A stretch of DNA of 64,000 nt from Thermoplasmata archaeon (GTDB lineage: Archaea; Thermoplasmatota; Thermoplasmata; RBG-16-68-12): the NCBI GenBank assembly GCA_035557795.1, contig DATMDM010000037.1, positions 1,408 through 65,407 of the forward strand, given 5' to 3'. The translations under genes were made by a program, and so were the position numbers. Numbering within the stretch: position 1 is the stretch's first letter; every line of letters starts with the position of its first letter. A model generated the notes under the pieces. The model had not been told where the DNA came from and did not search any database. It was given only the letters and a program-made list of their open reading frames with translations. Below, piece after piece: positions 55,935 to 64,000 of this stretch.

Positions 55935-57344
55935 CTATTTTCGCTTCCACCGGACACCGTCGCGGGTATCCTCGAGGACCACGCCGAGCGCCGCGAGGGC
56001 GTCGCGAATTCGGTCTGCGGTCGCGAAGTCTTTCCGCTTGCGGGCGTCCTCACGGAGCGCAACGATCAGGTCGAGGAGGCCGTCCACGAGGTCCGCGCCC
56101 TCCGCGGCCGGCTCGAGGATGCCCAGTACCTCTCCGAACGTCCGATACGCTCGTGCGGCATCGTCGAGGGCACCGCGGCCGACACCCGTTTCGAGGGCCT
56201 TGTTCACGACGCGTCCGTACTCGAAGATCACTGCGATGGCTTGCCGCGTGTTGAAATCGTCCGACATCGCCGCATCGAAATCCGCGAGGGCCTTCGCCGT
56301 CGCGACCCTCAAGGAGTGATCGGCTTTCCCGGCGTCGGGCGCCCGGCGGCGTTCCGCATCGACGGTGCGCGCCGTTTCCCGAAGGCGCTCGTATGATCGC
56401 TTCGCCTCGTCGAGGAGCTCCGGAGCGAAGTCGATCGGCCCGCGGTACTGGACGTTAATCAGGAAGAAGCGGATCACCTCGGGCTCGTAGAGCTTCAGGG
56501 CCGCCTTCACCGGCCAATAGTTGCCGAGGGACTTGTGCATCTCCTCCCCTTTCACCGTGACCATTCCGCCGTGCATCCAGTACTTCACGAAGGGCGTGAT
56601 CCCCGTGTACGCTTCTGCCTGGGCGATCTCCGCCTCATGGTGCGGGAACATCAGTTCCGTCGCCCCGCCATGGAGGTCGTATTGCGGTCCGAAGTGTCGG
56701 ATCGTGATCGCGGTGTCCTCGATGTGCCATCCCGGGCGGCCTTTGCCCCACGGGCTGTCCCACGCGGGCTCGCCTGGCTTTTGCGCGCGCCAGAGGACGA
56801 AGTCGGCGGGGCGCCTCTTCCGCTCCTCGATGGCGATGCGAGCCCCGGGACGGAGCGCCTCCACCTTCTGTCCGCTCAGCTTGCCCCAGCCGGAGAACGT
56901 GGTCGTGTCGTAGTAGACGCTCCCATCTTCGGCGACGTACGCGTGTCCCTTTTCGATGAGTCCTTGGATCTGCGCGATGATGTCGTCGATGTAGTCGGTC
57001 GCGAACGCATACACGTCCACCGAATTGCAACGGAGGGCGTCCATCACCTCGAGGTACTCACCGAAGTACTGCTTGACGATGTCCTTCCACTCGCGTCCGG
57101 TCTTCTGCATCTTCTCGATGATCCGGTCTTCGATGTCCGTGACGTTCTGCAAGTAGAACACGTGGAATCCTTTGTGACGGAGGAAGCGGGCGACGACGTC
57201 GAACGCGACGTACGTCTTCGCATGGCCCATGTGGGTCTCGTCCTGTGGGGTGAGCCCGCAGACGAACATCGACACGCGGTTGGCATGGAGAGGAACGAAC
57301 TCCTCCTTCTTCCGGGACAGTGTGTTGTAGACTCGGATGGGCAT
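55935..57344 (-). CDS. cysS: Cysteinyl-tRNA synthetase
   Basis: HMGHAKTYVAFD (HIGH). KMSKS variant EMHKSLGN. Zn-binding Cys. Start at MPIRVYNTLSRKKEEF (M20 of the track ORF). Confidence 0.9.
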   Translation of the reverse strand: MPIRVYNTLSRKKEEFVPLHANRVSMFVCGLTPQDETHMGHAKTYVAFDVVARFLRHKGFHVFYLQNVTDIEDRIIEKMQKTGREWKDIVKQYFGEYLEVMDALRCNSVDVYAFATDYIDDIIAQIQGLIEKGHAYVAEDGSVYYDTTTFSGWGKLSGQKVEALRPGARIAIEERKRRPADFVLWRAQKPGEPAWDSPWGKGRPGWHIEDTAITIRHFGPQYDLHGGATELMFPHHEAEIAQAEAYTGITPFVKYWMHGGMVTVKGEEMHKSLGNYWPVKAALKLYEPEVIRFFLINVQYRGPIDFAPELLDEAKRSYERLRETARTVDAERRRAPDAGKADHSLRVATAKALADFDAAMSDDFNTRQAIAVIFEYGRVVNKALETGVGRGALDDAARAYRTFGEVLGILEPAAEGADLVDGLLDLIVALREDARKRKDFATADRIRDALAALGVVLEDTRDGVRWKRK

Positions 57345-57485
57345 CGCGCGGTCCGCATCAAGGCGGCGCGTATTAAGGTTCTCGAGTGACATGGAGTGCA
57401 CGTCCCATTTTTTCTGAGTTTGTCAAACGCGATACAGTTGATACGTAAGACTTATGGACCCCGGACCCGCAATGATGGGCCGGCC

Positions 57486-58247
57486 ATGGCGGGTCTCCTC
57501 TCCTCCCGGCGTGCGGCGACCGGTCGCGTCTTCTGGCCCCGGGGACTCCGGCGGGCAGCCTTTCTTCTCGCCGCGAGCGTGGCACTCTTCTGGTCCTCGG
57601 TGGCATCCGGCCGCTGGATCGTTCCGATTCCGGATTCCGGGCCGATCTATGGAGACCTGCTGATCGCCTGGGTCGCCGTCCTCGTCCACCTCTCCGCATG
57701 GCCGAACCTCTGGGCCGGACTGCGCGACCTCCGGGTGCGGGAACCCGACGAGCCCAGCGTCCTCGTCGCATGGAGAGCGTTCCTGCTCACCGTCGCCGTG
57801 GTCGTCGCCGCCGTCGCCGTCCTCCTATTCGAGTACCGGGCGATCGTGTCGCCAGATGCTTGGATTTTCATCCTGTACGTGACCCTGTTCCGGTACATCG
57901 GCTGGTCGTTTGTTCCGATTCTCGCCCTCCAGGGCGTCCTCTTCGGTCGTGTCGCAGGCTACCTCGAACCGCGGTTCCGGTATCTCGCGGACGTCGGCGC
58001 GTTCGTCCTGTTCGCCGTCGCAGCCGCGACGACCGGCGTCGTCCTCCAGAGTCCCGGGGCAACCGCCTTCGCACAAGCTTGGAGCCTGGGCTCCGGAATC
58101 CTTCCCGGAGCGGCACTGGTTGGCTACGTCCTGATCGCTATCGGGATGACCGCGCACTTGGCCCCAGCGACCTCGCGACTCCCCCTGTGGCCACGACAAC
58201 GCCCGCGCGGGTCGTCAACCGAGCGCTCGCTCCAGGTCTTCCGTTAG
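57486..58247 (+). CDS. Hypothetical integral membrane protein (about 6 TM helices)
   Basis: Track ORF 57396..58247. The first 30 codons are AT-rich and probably non-coding, so the start is set at MAGLLSS. Six clear hydrophobic helices. Confidence 0.5.
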   Translation: MAGLLSSRRAATGRVFWPRGLRRAAFLLAASVALFWSSVASGRWIVPIPDSGPIYGDLLIAWVAVLVHLSAWPNLWAGLRDLRVREPDEPSVLVAWRAFLLTVAVVVAAVAVLLFEYRAIVSPDAWIFILYVTLFRYIGWSFVPILALQGVLFGRVAGYLEPRFRYLADVGAFVLFAVAAATTGVVLQSPGATAFAQAWSLGSGILPGAALVGYVLIAIGMTAHLAPATSRLPLWPRQRPRGSSTERSLQVFR

Positions 58248-59339
58248 GTCCTGAACGTCCTCGAGTCCGATCGAGAAGCGGACTAGGCCGTCCGTGATTC
58301 CCTGCTTGCCCCGTTGTTCCTTCGGCACGCTTGCGTGGGTCATCGATGCCGGGTGCTCGATCAACGATTCGACTCCGCCGAGGCTCTCGGCCGGCACGAT
58401 CACCTCGAGGCGTTTGAGCCGCTCGACGATCCGCGACGGATCGCGAACCTCGAAGCTGAGCATCCCGCCGAATCGGCGCATCTGTTTCTTGGCAACCGCG
58501 TGACCGGGATCGTCGGGGAGGCCGGGATAATGGACCTTCGCGACGGCTCTGTGTGTCTTCAGGAATTTCGCGATGGCTTCGGCATTGTCGCAATGCTTCT
58601 CCATGCGGACCGCGAGGGTCTTGATTCCCCGTAGCGTGAGCCAACAGTCGAACGCGCTGGGAATGGCGCCTAGCGCGTTCTGGGAGAACTTGAGCTTCTC
58701 GTGCAGGTCGTCCCCGTTCATGACGAGGGCGCCCCCGAGCAGATCCGCATGCCCGCCGATGTATTTCGTCGTGCTATGCACGACCAAGTCGACCCCGAGC
58801 GTCAACGGATTCTGCAATGCCGGTGACGCGAACGTGTTGTCGCACACGCTGATCGCGTCGTGTGCCTTGGCGATGACGGCCAGCTCCCGGAGGTCGACGA
58901 CTTTCATGAGCGGGTTCGTCGGGGACTCCGTCCACAGCATCCGGGTCTCCGGTCGGAACGCGTCTTCGGCGTCGACGAGGTCTCGCAGGTCGACGAATGT
59001 CGATTCGATCCCGTAGTTGCTCATGATCCGCGTGAAGATGCGATAGACCCCACCATAACAGTCGTCCGTCACGACGACATGGTCTCCTTTCTTCAGGAGG
59101 GTGAGGGACGTCGTGATGGCGCCCATGCCACTCGAGAACGAGAGGGCGTACTTCGCGCCCTCCAGACCGGCGAGGCTGTTCTGCAGCGCGTCCCGCGTCG
59201 GGTTCGCGCCGCGCGCGTACGCGTACTGGTCCTGTGTCTTCCGGGAGTATGTCGAGGTCAAGTAGATCGGCGGGGTCACCGCGCCCGTGCGAGGATCCGG
59301 TTCCTGCCCGACATGGATGGCCTTCGTGGCAAAACGCAT
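58215..59339 (-). CDS. Cys/Met-metabolism PLP enzyme: cystathionine gamma-lyase/synthase family
   Basis: PLP-Lys motif STTKYIGGHADLLGG. Family-typical N-terminus TKAIHVGQ. Confidence 0.8.
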   Translation of the reverse strand: MRFATKAIHVGQEPDPRTGAVTPPIYLTSTYSRKTQDQYAYARGANPTRDALQNSLAGLEGAKYALSFSSGMGAITTSLTLLKKGDHVVVTDDCYGGVYRIFTRIMSNYGIESTFVDLRDLVDAEDAFRPETRMLWTESPTNPLMKVVDLRELAVIAKAHDAISVCDNTFASPALQNPLTLGVDLVVHSTTKYIGGHADLLGGALVMNGDDLHEKLKFSQNALGAIPSAFDCWLTLRGIKTLAVRMEKHCDNAEAIAKFLKTHRAVAKVHYPGLPDDPGHAVAKKQMRRFGGMLSFEVRDPSRIVERLKRLEVIVPAESLGGVESLIEHPASMTHASVPKEQRGKQGITDGLVRFSIGLEDVQDLTEDLERALG

Positions 59340-59384
59340 AGGATCGCCGGGGACGGAGTCGCGGGCCCGCCGTAAATAGGCTTG

Positions 59385-60767
59385 CTACGCGCGGCCCGCC
59401 AGGTACTCGATGACGTCGATGCGGGTGATGATCCCTTCGAGCCGGTTCTCCTTGCCGATGACGACGGCCGGGTTGCCGCGCATCAAGAGTTTGTACACCT
59501 GCTCGAGGTCCGCCCCCGGCTCCACGATGGGGAACGGTTTGTCCATCACCTTGGCGACGTAATCGTCGTACATCTTCGGATTCTCGAGCAGAGCCTTCAT
59601 GAGAATCTCCTCCCGCAGGCTGCCCACGAGGATGCCCGTGTCCATGACCGGGAGCTGGGAGACGTTGTACTGTCGCATCATGTCGGCCGCCTCCCGGACC
59701 TTCGCGGCGATGTCGATCGTGATGACGCCGGGAATCGTTCGCTCTTTCGCCCGGAGGATCGTCATGAGCGGCGCGACCGGTTCCTCCAAATAGCCCTGCT
59801 CCTTCAACCACTCCTCGTTGTGCGCCTTCGACAGGTAGCGCTCTCCCGTGTCGGGCAAGAGGACGACCATCACGTCGTCGGGGCCGAGATTCTCTCCGAT
59901 CCGTCTCGCCGCGACGACCGCGGCGCCGCTTGAGCTGCCCGCGAGGATCGCTTCCTCTCGGGCGAGGCGGCGGGTCATCAGGTACGACTCTTTGTCGCCC
60001 ACCTTCACGATTTCATCGATCGTGTCGAACCACGTGGACTCGGGCACGAAGTCCTCCCCGATTCCCTCGATCTTGTATGTGTGGGCCTTCATGGACTCCT
60101 TCTTGTAGAAGTAGTCCTTCAAGATCGATCCGAGCGGGTCGACCCCGATCACCTGGACCTTCGGGTTCTTTTCCTTGAGGAATTTGCCCACGCCACTGAT
60201 CGTGCCGCCGGTCCCCATCCCGCACACGAAGTGGGTGACCGTCCCGTCCGTGTCCCGCCAAATTTCCGGGCCGGTCGTCTCGTAGTGCGCCCGCGGATTC
60301 GCTTGGTTCGCGTATTGGTTGGGCAAGATAGAGTTCGGGGTGTCTCGGTGGATCCGCTCCGCGACGCGGTAATAGGACTCCGGGTGCTCCGGCGGGACCG
60401 CGGTGGGCGTCACGACGACCCGGGCTCCGAGGGCCTTCAGGAGATCGATCTTCTCTCGGCTCATTTTGTCCGGCATCGTGAAGACCGCGCGGTAGCCCTT
60501 GATCGCGGCGACCATCGCCAGCCCGAGGCCCGTGTTTCCGCTCGTTGGCTCGATGATCGTCCCCCCAGGTCTCAAGAGCCCTTTCGCCTCGGCGGCTTCG
60601 ATCATCTTCTCGCCGATTCGGTCTTTCACGCTTCCGCCCGGGTTCATCATCTCGAGCTTCGCGAGCGCGAGGCAGGGGACGCCCGCCATGATTTTCGGCA
60701 GCTTAACCAAGGGCGTGTTCCCGATCGTGTCGAGGATGCTCTCGAAGTATCGCATTCCTAGGCCCAC
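59385..60767 (-). CDS. Cystathionine beta-synthase (PLP fold-II domain + C-terminal tandem CBS domains)
   Basis: PLP-Lys motif NPGGSVKDRIG. SGNTG. GTGGT. Two C-terminal CBS repeats. GTG start. A minus-strand TATA (CTTATAG, + strand 60801-60807) lies about 37 nt upstream. Confidence 0.85.
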   Translation of the reverse strand: MGLGMRYFESILDTIGNTPLVKLPKIMAGVPCLALAKLEMMNPGGSVKDRIGEKMIEAAEAKGLLRPGGTIIEPTSGNTGLGLAMVAAIKGYRAVFTMPDKMSREKIDLLKALGARVVVTPTAVPPEHPESYYRVAERIHRDTPNSILPNQYANQANPRAHYETTGPEIWRDTDGTVTHFVCGMGTGGTISGVGKFLKEKNPKVQVIGVDPLGSILKDYFYKKESMKAHTYKIEGIGEDFVPESTWFDTIDEIVKVGDKESYLMTRRLAREEAILAGSSSGAAVVAARRIGENLGPDDVMVVLLPDTGERYLSKAHNEEWLKEQGYLEEPVAPLMTILRAKERTIPGVITIDIAAKVREAADMMRQYNVSQLPVMDTGILVGSLREEILMKALLENPKMYDDYVAKVMDKPFPIVEPGADLEQVYKLLMRGNPAVVIGKENRLEGIITRIDVIEYLAGRA

Positions 60768-60921
60768 CCCATCGCCGACGTTCGATGAAAAGGATGGTCG
60801 CTATAAGAACGTGCGCGGGTCGGTCAACGGCCGGAGTCGTCGAACGCGGATTCGGGTTCGTACGCATCGAGGTCATTCCGATGTTGATTCGGAATTGATC
60901 GCCGGGCTCCGTATTCGCGGG

Positions 60922-60994
60922 TGCCGGGGGAGGGAGTCGAACCCTCTGGAAACCGATCTGCAGTCGGTCACATTAGCCGCTCTGTCACCCCGGC
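60922..60994 (-). tRNA. tRNA-Cys (anticodon GCA)
   Basis: Minus-strand cloverleaf. Acceptor GCCGGGG/CCCCGGC. Anticodon arm ACCGA-CTGCAGA-TCGGT. T-arm GAGGG-TTCGACT-CCCTC. Discriminator A. One G13:A22 mismatch in the D-stem. Confidence 0.85.
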
Positions 60995-61306
60995 GTCGCT
61001 CGCCCAACCGGCGCGCCGTAATTGAAACTTTGGAGACGCACTCGTGTCCTCGCGGCGAGGACTGGAGCGACGGGCGAATTGGACCGTGACCGCCCTGTAT
61101 CTCCGAGGTCTCCTTGCAAGACCACGCTTCTCTCGCAGGGGTTCGAGCTTCGTCTGATAAACTATTAGAGTCGACTCTCCCTTTCCACGAATTCCGGCCG
61201 GGAGGGGAGTTGTATAGAGCCCGAGGCGGACGCGGAGGGAGGACGCGTCGATGTTCCGCCGGGCGCCGAGGGTCCTCACCGCCGGCCCTGGGGCCGCATC
61301 ACGGCG

Positions 61307-63868
61307 GTGGTGGTCGTCGCGCTCGTGACGATCACCGCACTCGCAATCGTCGTTCGACAGCCGAACCGGCCTCCTTCCATTATCGACGTATCCGTCAGCA
61401 GCGACACAACGACCGTGACTACCCCTCCCGCGCCTCTGGCCTTCACGGCTCACGCGACCGACCCCGACGGCGACGCGCTGACCTATTCCTGGAACTTTGG
61501 CGATGAGGAGACGGGATCGGACACCCAACCGACCCACGTCTACGGCGTACCGGGTTGGTACATCGCCGTCTTGACCGTGAGCGATGGAAAGGGCGGGCTC
61601 GCAACGAACGATGACCGACTTCTGTTCATTCACGTCCGGGCCGATCCGTCGGATGGAGCGGTCCCTCCGAGCCCCCCATCGCCGTCGAGTTGCCCGGTCA
61701 CCTGCGTCTCGTCGACTGGACTCGCCGTGCTCGCGGCAAACCGTTCCACAGCGGCCGCGGGTTCCGAAGTGCGTTTCAGCGGGAATGCCTCGTGGGCGTA
61801 CGTGTGGGCGTGGAGCAACGCATCGAATGCGTCCCTCGGCGGAACGTACACCGTTGTGAGTGCCGCGGAGAACGCATCGTTGTTTTCGTTCGGTTACTCC
61901 TGGGGGGACCGAACCGCGAACACGACCGGCACCGCGGTCGAAGTCGGCCAGACTGCGCACCGATTCTCGTCGCCGGGGAACTACTTCGTTCGCCTGAGCG
62001 TGTCGTCGGGCGGATTGACGACATCCGCGGGCTACACGGTGCGCGTGCTCGCCGGAGCTCCCACGGCCCAGCTGAAGTATCCGGACCTCTTCGCATCCGC
62101 GACGGCGCAGGAACCCGATTCGCTGGAGCCGGCCATCGACAACGAGTCCGCCGGGGGAGAGGTGCTGCAGAACGTGTACGAGACTCTCGTCACCTTCCCA
62201 TCCGACAGCGAGAGCGTCGATCCTCTCGTGCCCCGCCTTGCCACGGAAGTCCCGTCGATTGCAAATAACGGCACGTCCGCGGACGGGAAGAACTACACGT
62301 TCCAGTTGCGGCAGGATGTGGTCTTCCACGATCTCACGCCCATGACGGCGCGGGATGTCTCGGCCTCGTTCCGGCGCCTGCTCGCGATCCGCGCTCCGGG
62401 CGGACCGCCGCGGATCCTGGAGCGCCTCATGACGAATCTGATCAGCACGTTCGCGGACGCGGACTGCAATCCCTCGATCCCCGGCAGGCAGAACTGCACG
62501 ATCGGGGACTGGGCCAACAAGACGTTCCCGGTCCGGGCCGAGGTACCGGGGTACATGACCGCGGCCCTGCCGCCAGAATCGTCGTGGGATACGACGGCGC
62601 TGAACGTCTCGATGGCATGGGCTGTGAGCAATTCGACAACGATGCCAACGGGGAATTATTCCGTGGTGTTCCATCTCCTCCGTCCGTACCCCGCCTTCTT
62701 GCCGATTCTCGCTTCGACGTTTGGCTCCATCCTATCGGATTCTTGCGTCGGAAGGCACGGAGGCGTCCGATGGGGAGTCCCTAATCCCTTCCTTGCTCGA
62801 GGTGGTGAATGCGGGAGTGGGCCGTTCACCTTGGGGACGTGGTCCTCAAACCAAGCGATTGAGTTGGCCCGGTTCGACCAATACTGGCGCGGCGCGGCGA
62901 AAGCCCCATCGGTCCACATCCTTCCCGTGCGCGATGTCCTGAGCCGCGAATTCATGCTCCTCGCCGGCGACGTGGACTCGGCCGCGATCGGCCGCGACCA
63001 TCAGTGGGACGTGGTGAACCCGGACGGGACGCCGAGGTCACCGACGTTGCGAATCGCTAAGGACCGGCCCGAGTTCGACATGTCATTTTTCGGGTACAAT
63101 CAGAACATCAGCGTCACGGCGGCGCCGGTTGCCCTCACGGTGCCCACCACCTTCTTCGCGGACGTGCACGTGCGGAGGGCGTTGACGTACGCGTTCGACT
63201 ACGGCGGCTTCCTTGCGAACGTGACCCACGATGCGGGCCTGCAGCCCCGCGGGCCGGTCCCGCTCGGCCTCCCCGGGTACAACGCGAGCATCCCCCTCTT
63301 CCCGTTCGACTTGGCCCAGGCCGCGGTCGAGCTGAACGCCACGCCGTACTGGGTGTCGGGATTCAATCTCACCTTGTACTACCGCGCGGCTAATGGATAC
63401 GAAGAGCGGGGCTGTCGACTGATCGCCCAGGGCCTCGAGGCGTTGCATTCGCAGAAGGGTTCCCCCGGGGCGATTCGGGTGGACGTTCGGTCGTTGGGCG
63501 CCGCGGTTTACGATGGAGCGTTGCGCTCCGGGGGTCTCCCCCTCGCCCTCTTTTCTTGGGCTGCGCGCTTCGCCGATCCCCTCGATTCGGTCGTGCCATT
63601 CCTTCGGACCGGGAGTCCGTTTCCTACGTGGATCGGGTACGGCAACGCGACCTTGGACTCTCTCATCGACGCCGCGAGCAGCGAGTTGAACGAGACCACG
63701 CGGGTCCGAGACTTTCTCGATCTGTCCGCCCGCGCCGTCCTTGACGACGTGCCGTACCTATGGGTCTTTCAGGCGACGAGTTTTCACGTCGAACGCGCAT
63801 GGGTCACCGGCTACTACTTCAACCCGATGCTGGGGGGTCTCGACTACTATCGTTTGTCGAAGGCCTAG
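61307..63868 (+). CDS. Extracellular solute-binding protein, family 5 (peptide/nickel ABC transporter SBP) with an N-terminal PKD domain and signal anchor
   Basis: TM/signal VVVALVTITALAIVV. PKD motif TDPDGDALTYSWNFGDEETG...YIAVLTVSDGKGG. SBP5 core (EPDSLEPAIDNESAGGEVLQNVYETLVTF ... RFDQYWRG). Many N-glycosylation sequons. GTG start, see the frame anomaly in the findings. The shadow ORF 60968..62674(-) is rejected. Confidence 0.8.
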   Translation: MVVVALVTITALAIVVRQPNRPPSIIDVSVSSDTTTVTTPPAPLAFTAHATDPDGDALTYSWNFGDEETGSDTQPTHVYGVPGWYIAVLTVSDGKGGLATNDDRLLFIHVRADPSDGAVPPSPPSPSSCPVTCVSSTGLAVLAANRSTAAAGSEVRFSGNASWAYVWAWSNASNASLGGTYTVVSAAENASLFSFGYSWGDRTANTTGTAVEVGQTAHRFSSPGNYFVRLSVSSGGLTTSAGYTVRVLAGAPTAQLKYPDLFASATAQEPDSLEPAIDNESAGGEVLQNVYETLVTFPSDSESVDPLVPRLATEVPSIANNGTSADGKNYTFQLRQDVVFHDLTPMTARDVSASFRRLLAIRAPGGPPRILERLMTNLISTFADADCNPSIPGRQNCTIGDWANKTFPVRAEVPGYMTAALPPESSWDTTALNVSMAWAVSNSTTMPTGNYSVVFHLLRPYPAFLPILASTFGSILSDSCVGRHGGVRWGVPNPFLARGGECGSGPFTLGTWSSNQAIELARFDQYWRGAAKAPSVHILPVRDVLSREFMLLAGDVDSAAIGRDHQWDVVNPDGTPRSPTLRIAKDRPEFDMSFFGYNQNISVTAAPVALTVPTTFFADVHVRRALTYAFDYGGFLANVTHDAGLQPRGPVPLGLPGYNASIPLFPFDLAQAAVELNATPYWVSGFNLTLYYRAANGYEERGCRLIAQGLEALHSQKGSPGAIRVDVRSLGAAVYDGALRSGGLPLALFSWAARFADPLDSVVPFLRTGSPFPTWIGYGNATLDSLIDAASSELNETTRVRDFLDLSARAVLDDVPYLWVFQATSFHVERAWVTGYYFNPMLGGLDYYRLSKA

Positions 63869-64000
63869 GCTCGTCCGTGTGACCGCCATGATCGCGAATA
63901 TTCATCCTCGAAGCCATTCGGAAGAGAGTCCAGCGAACGGTCTCGCCGAATCTATATATGCGGAGATGGGCTGGCGCGTCGGATGGCGGACCTGAAGACG

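Noticed and set aside
60968-62674. 568-aa minus-strand ORF
   Set aside because: Antisense to the PKD/SBP5 gene. It also runs through the tRNA-Cys. Low-complexity translation.

Overview
This 64 kb window is a high-GC (~64%, strong GC3 bias), gene-dense chromosomal segment of an archaeon, probably a member of the Thermoplasmatota, and I found one cluster that may be an undescribed system. The archaeal call rests on hallmark genes (aIF1A, aIF5A, ABCE1, NAC-alpha, Nop5, Csl4, RtcB, archaemetzincin, RIO kinase, eIF2B-like protein) plus DNA gyrase, pyruvate phosphate dikinase and heme-copper oxidase subunits. I call about 60 protein genes and three tRNAs: Val-TAC, Val-CAC and Cys-GCA. There is no rRNA, CRISPR array, transposase or integrase. 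Most long ORFs rich in Arg, Pro and Gly that lie opposite well-supported genes are shadow frames typical of high-GC DNA, and I discard them. Several gene pairs are translationally coupled through ATGA or GTGA stop/start overlaps, and several promoters look leaderless, with a TATA box about 27-30 nt upstream of the start codon. The candidate new system is a 3-gene cluster at 31428-33386: an E1-like (ThiF/MoeB) enzyme carrying an extra C-terminal domain, a ThiI-type PP-loop ATPase with no THUMP or ferredoxin-like domain, and a small standalone paralog of that extra domain. Other points for a second look:
- a V4R + Roadblock/LC7 pair with no local GTPase
- a Ras-like GTPase fused to a winged-helix tail
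- a 1089-aa surface glycoprotein with Asp-box, InlB-B-like repeats and a C-terminal anchor
- a HerA-like ATPase paired with a small helical protein
- a CDIN1/TPD-type PD-(D/E)xK nuclease homolog
- RGG and basic tails on Csl4 and Nop5
- two start-codon/frame anomalies, in PPDK and in the solute-binding protein
- unusually long non-coding stretches that may hold structured RNAs
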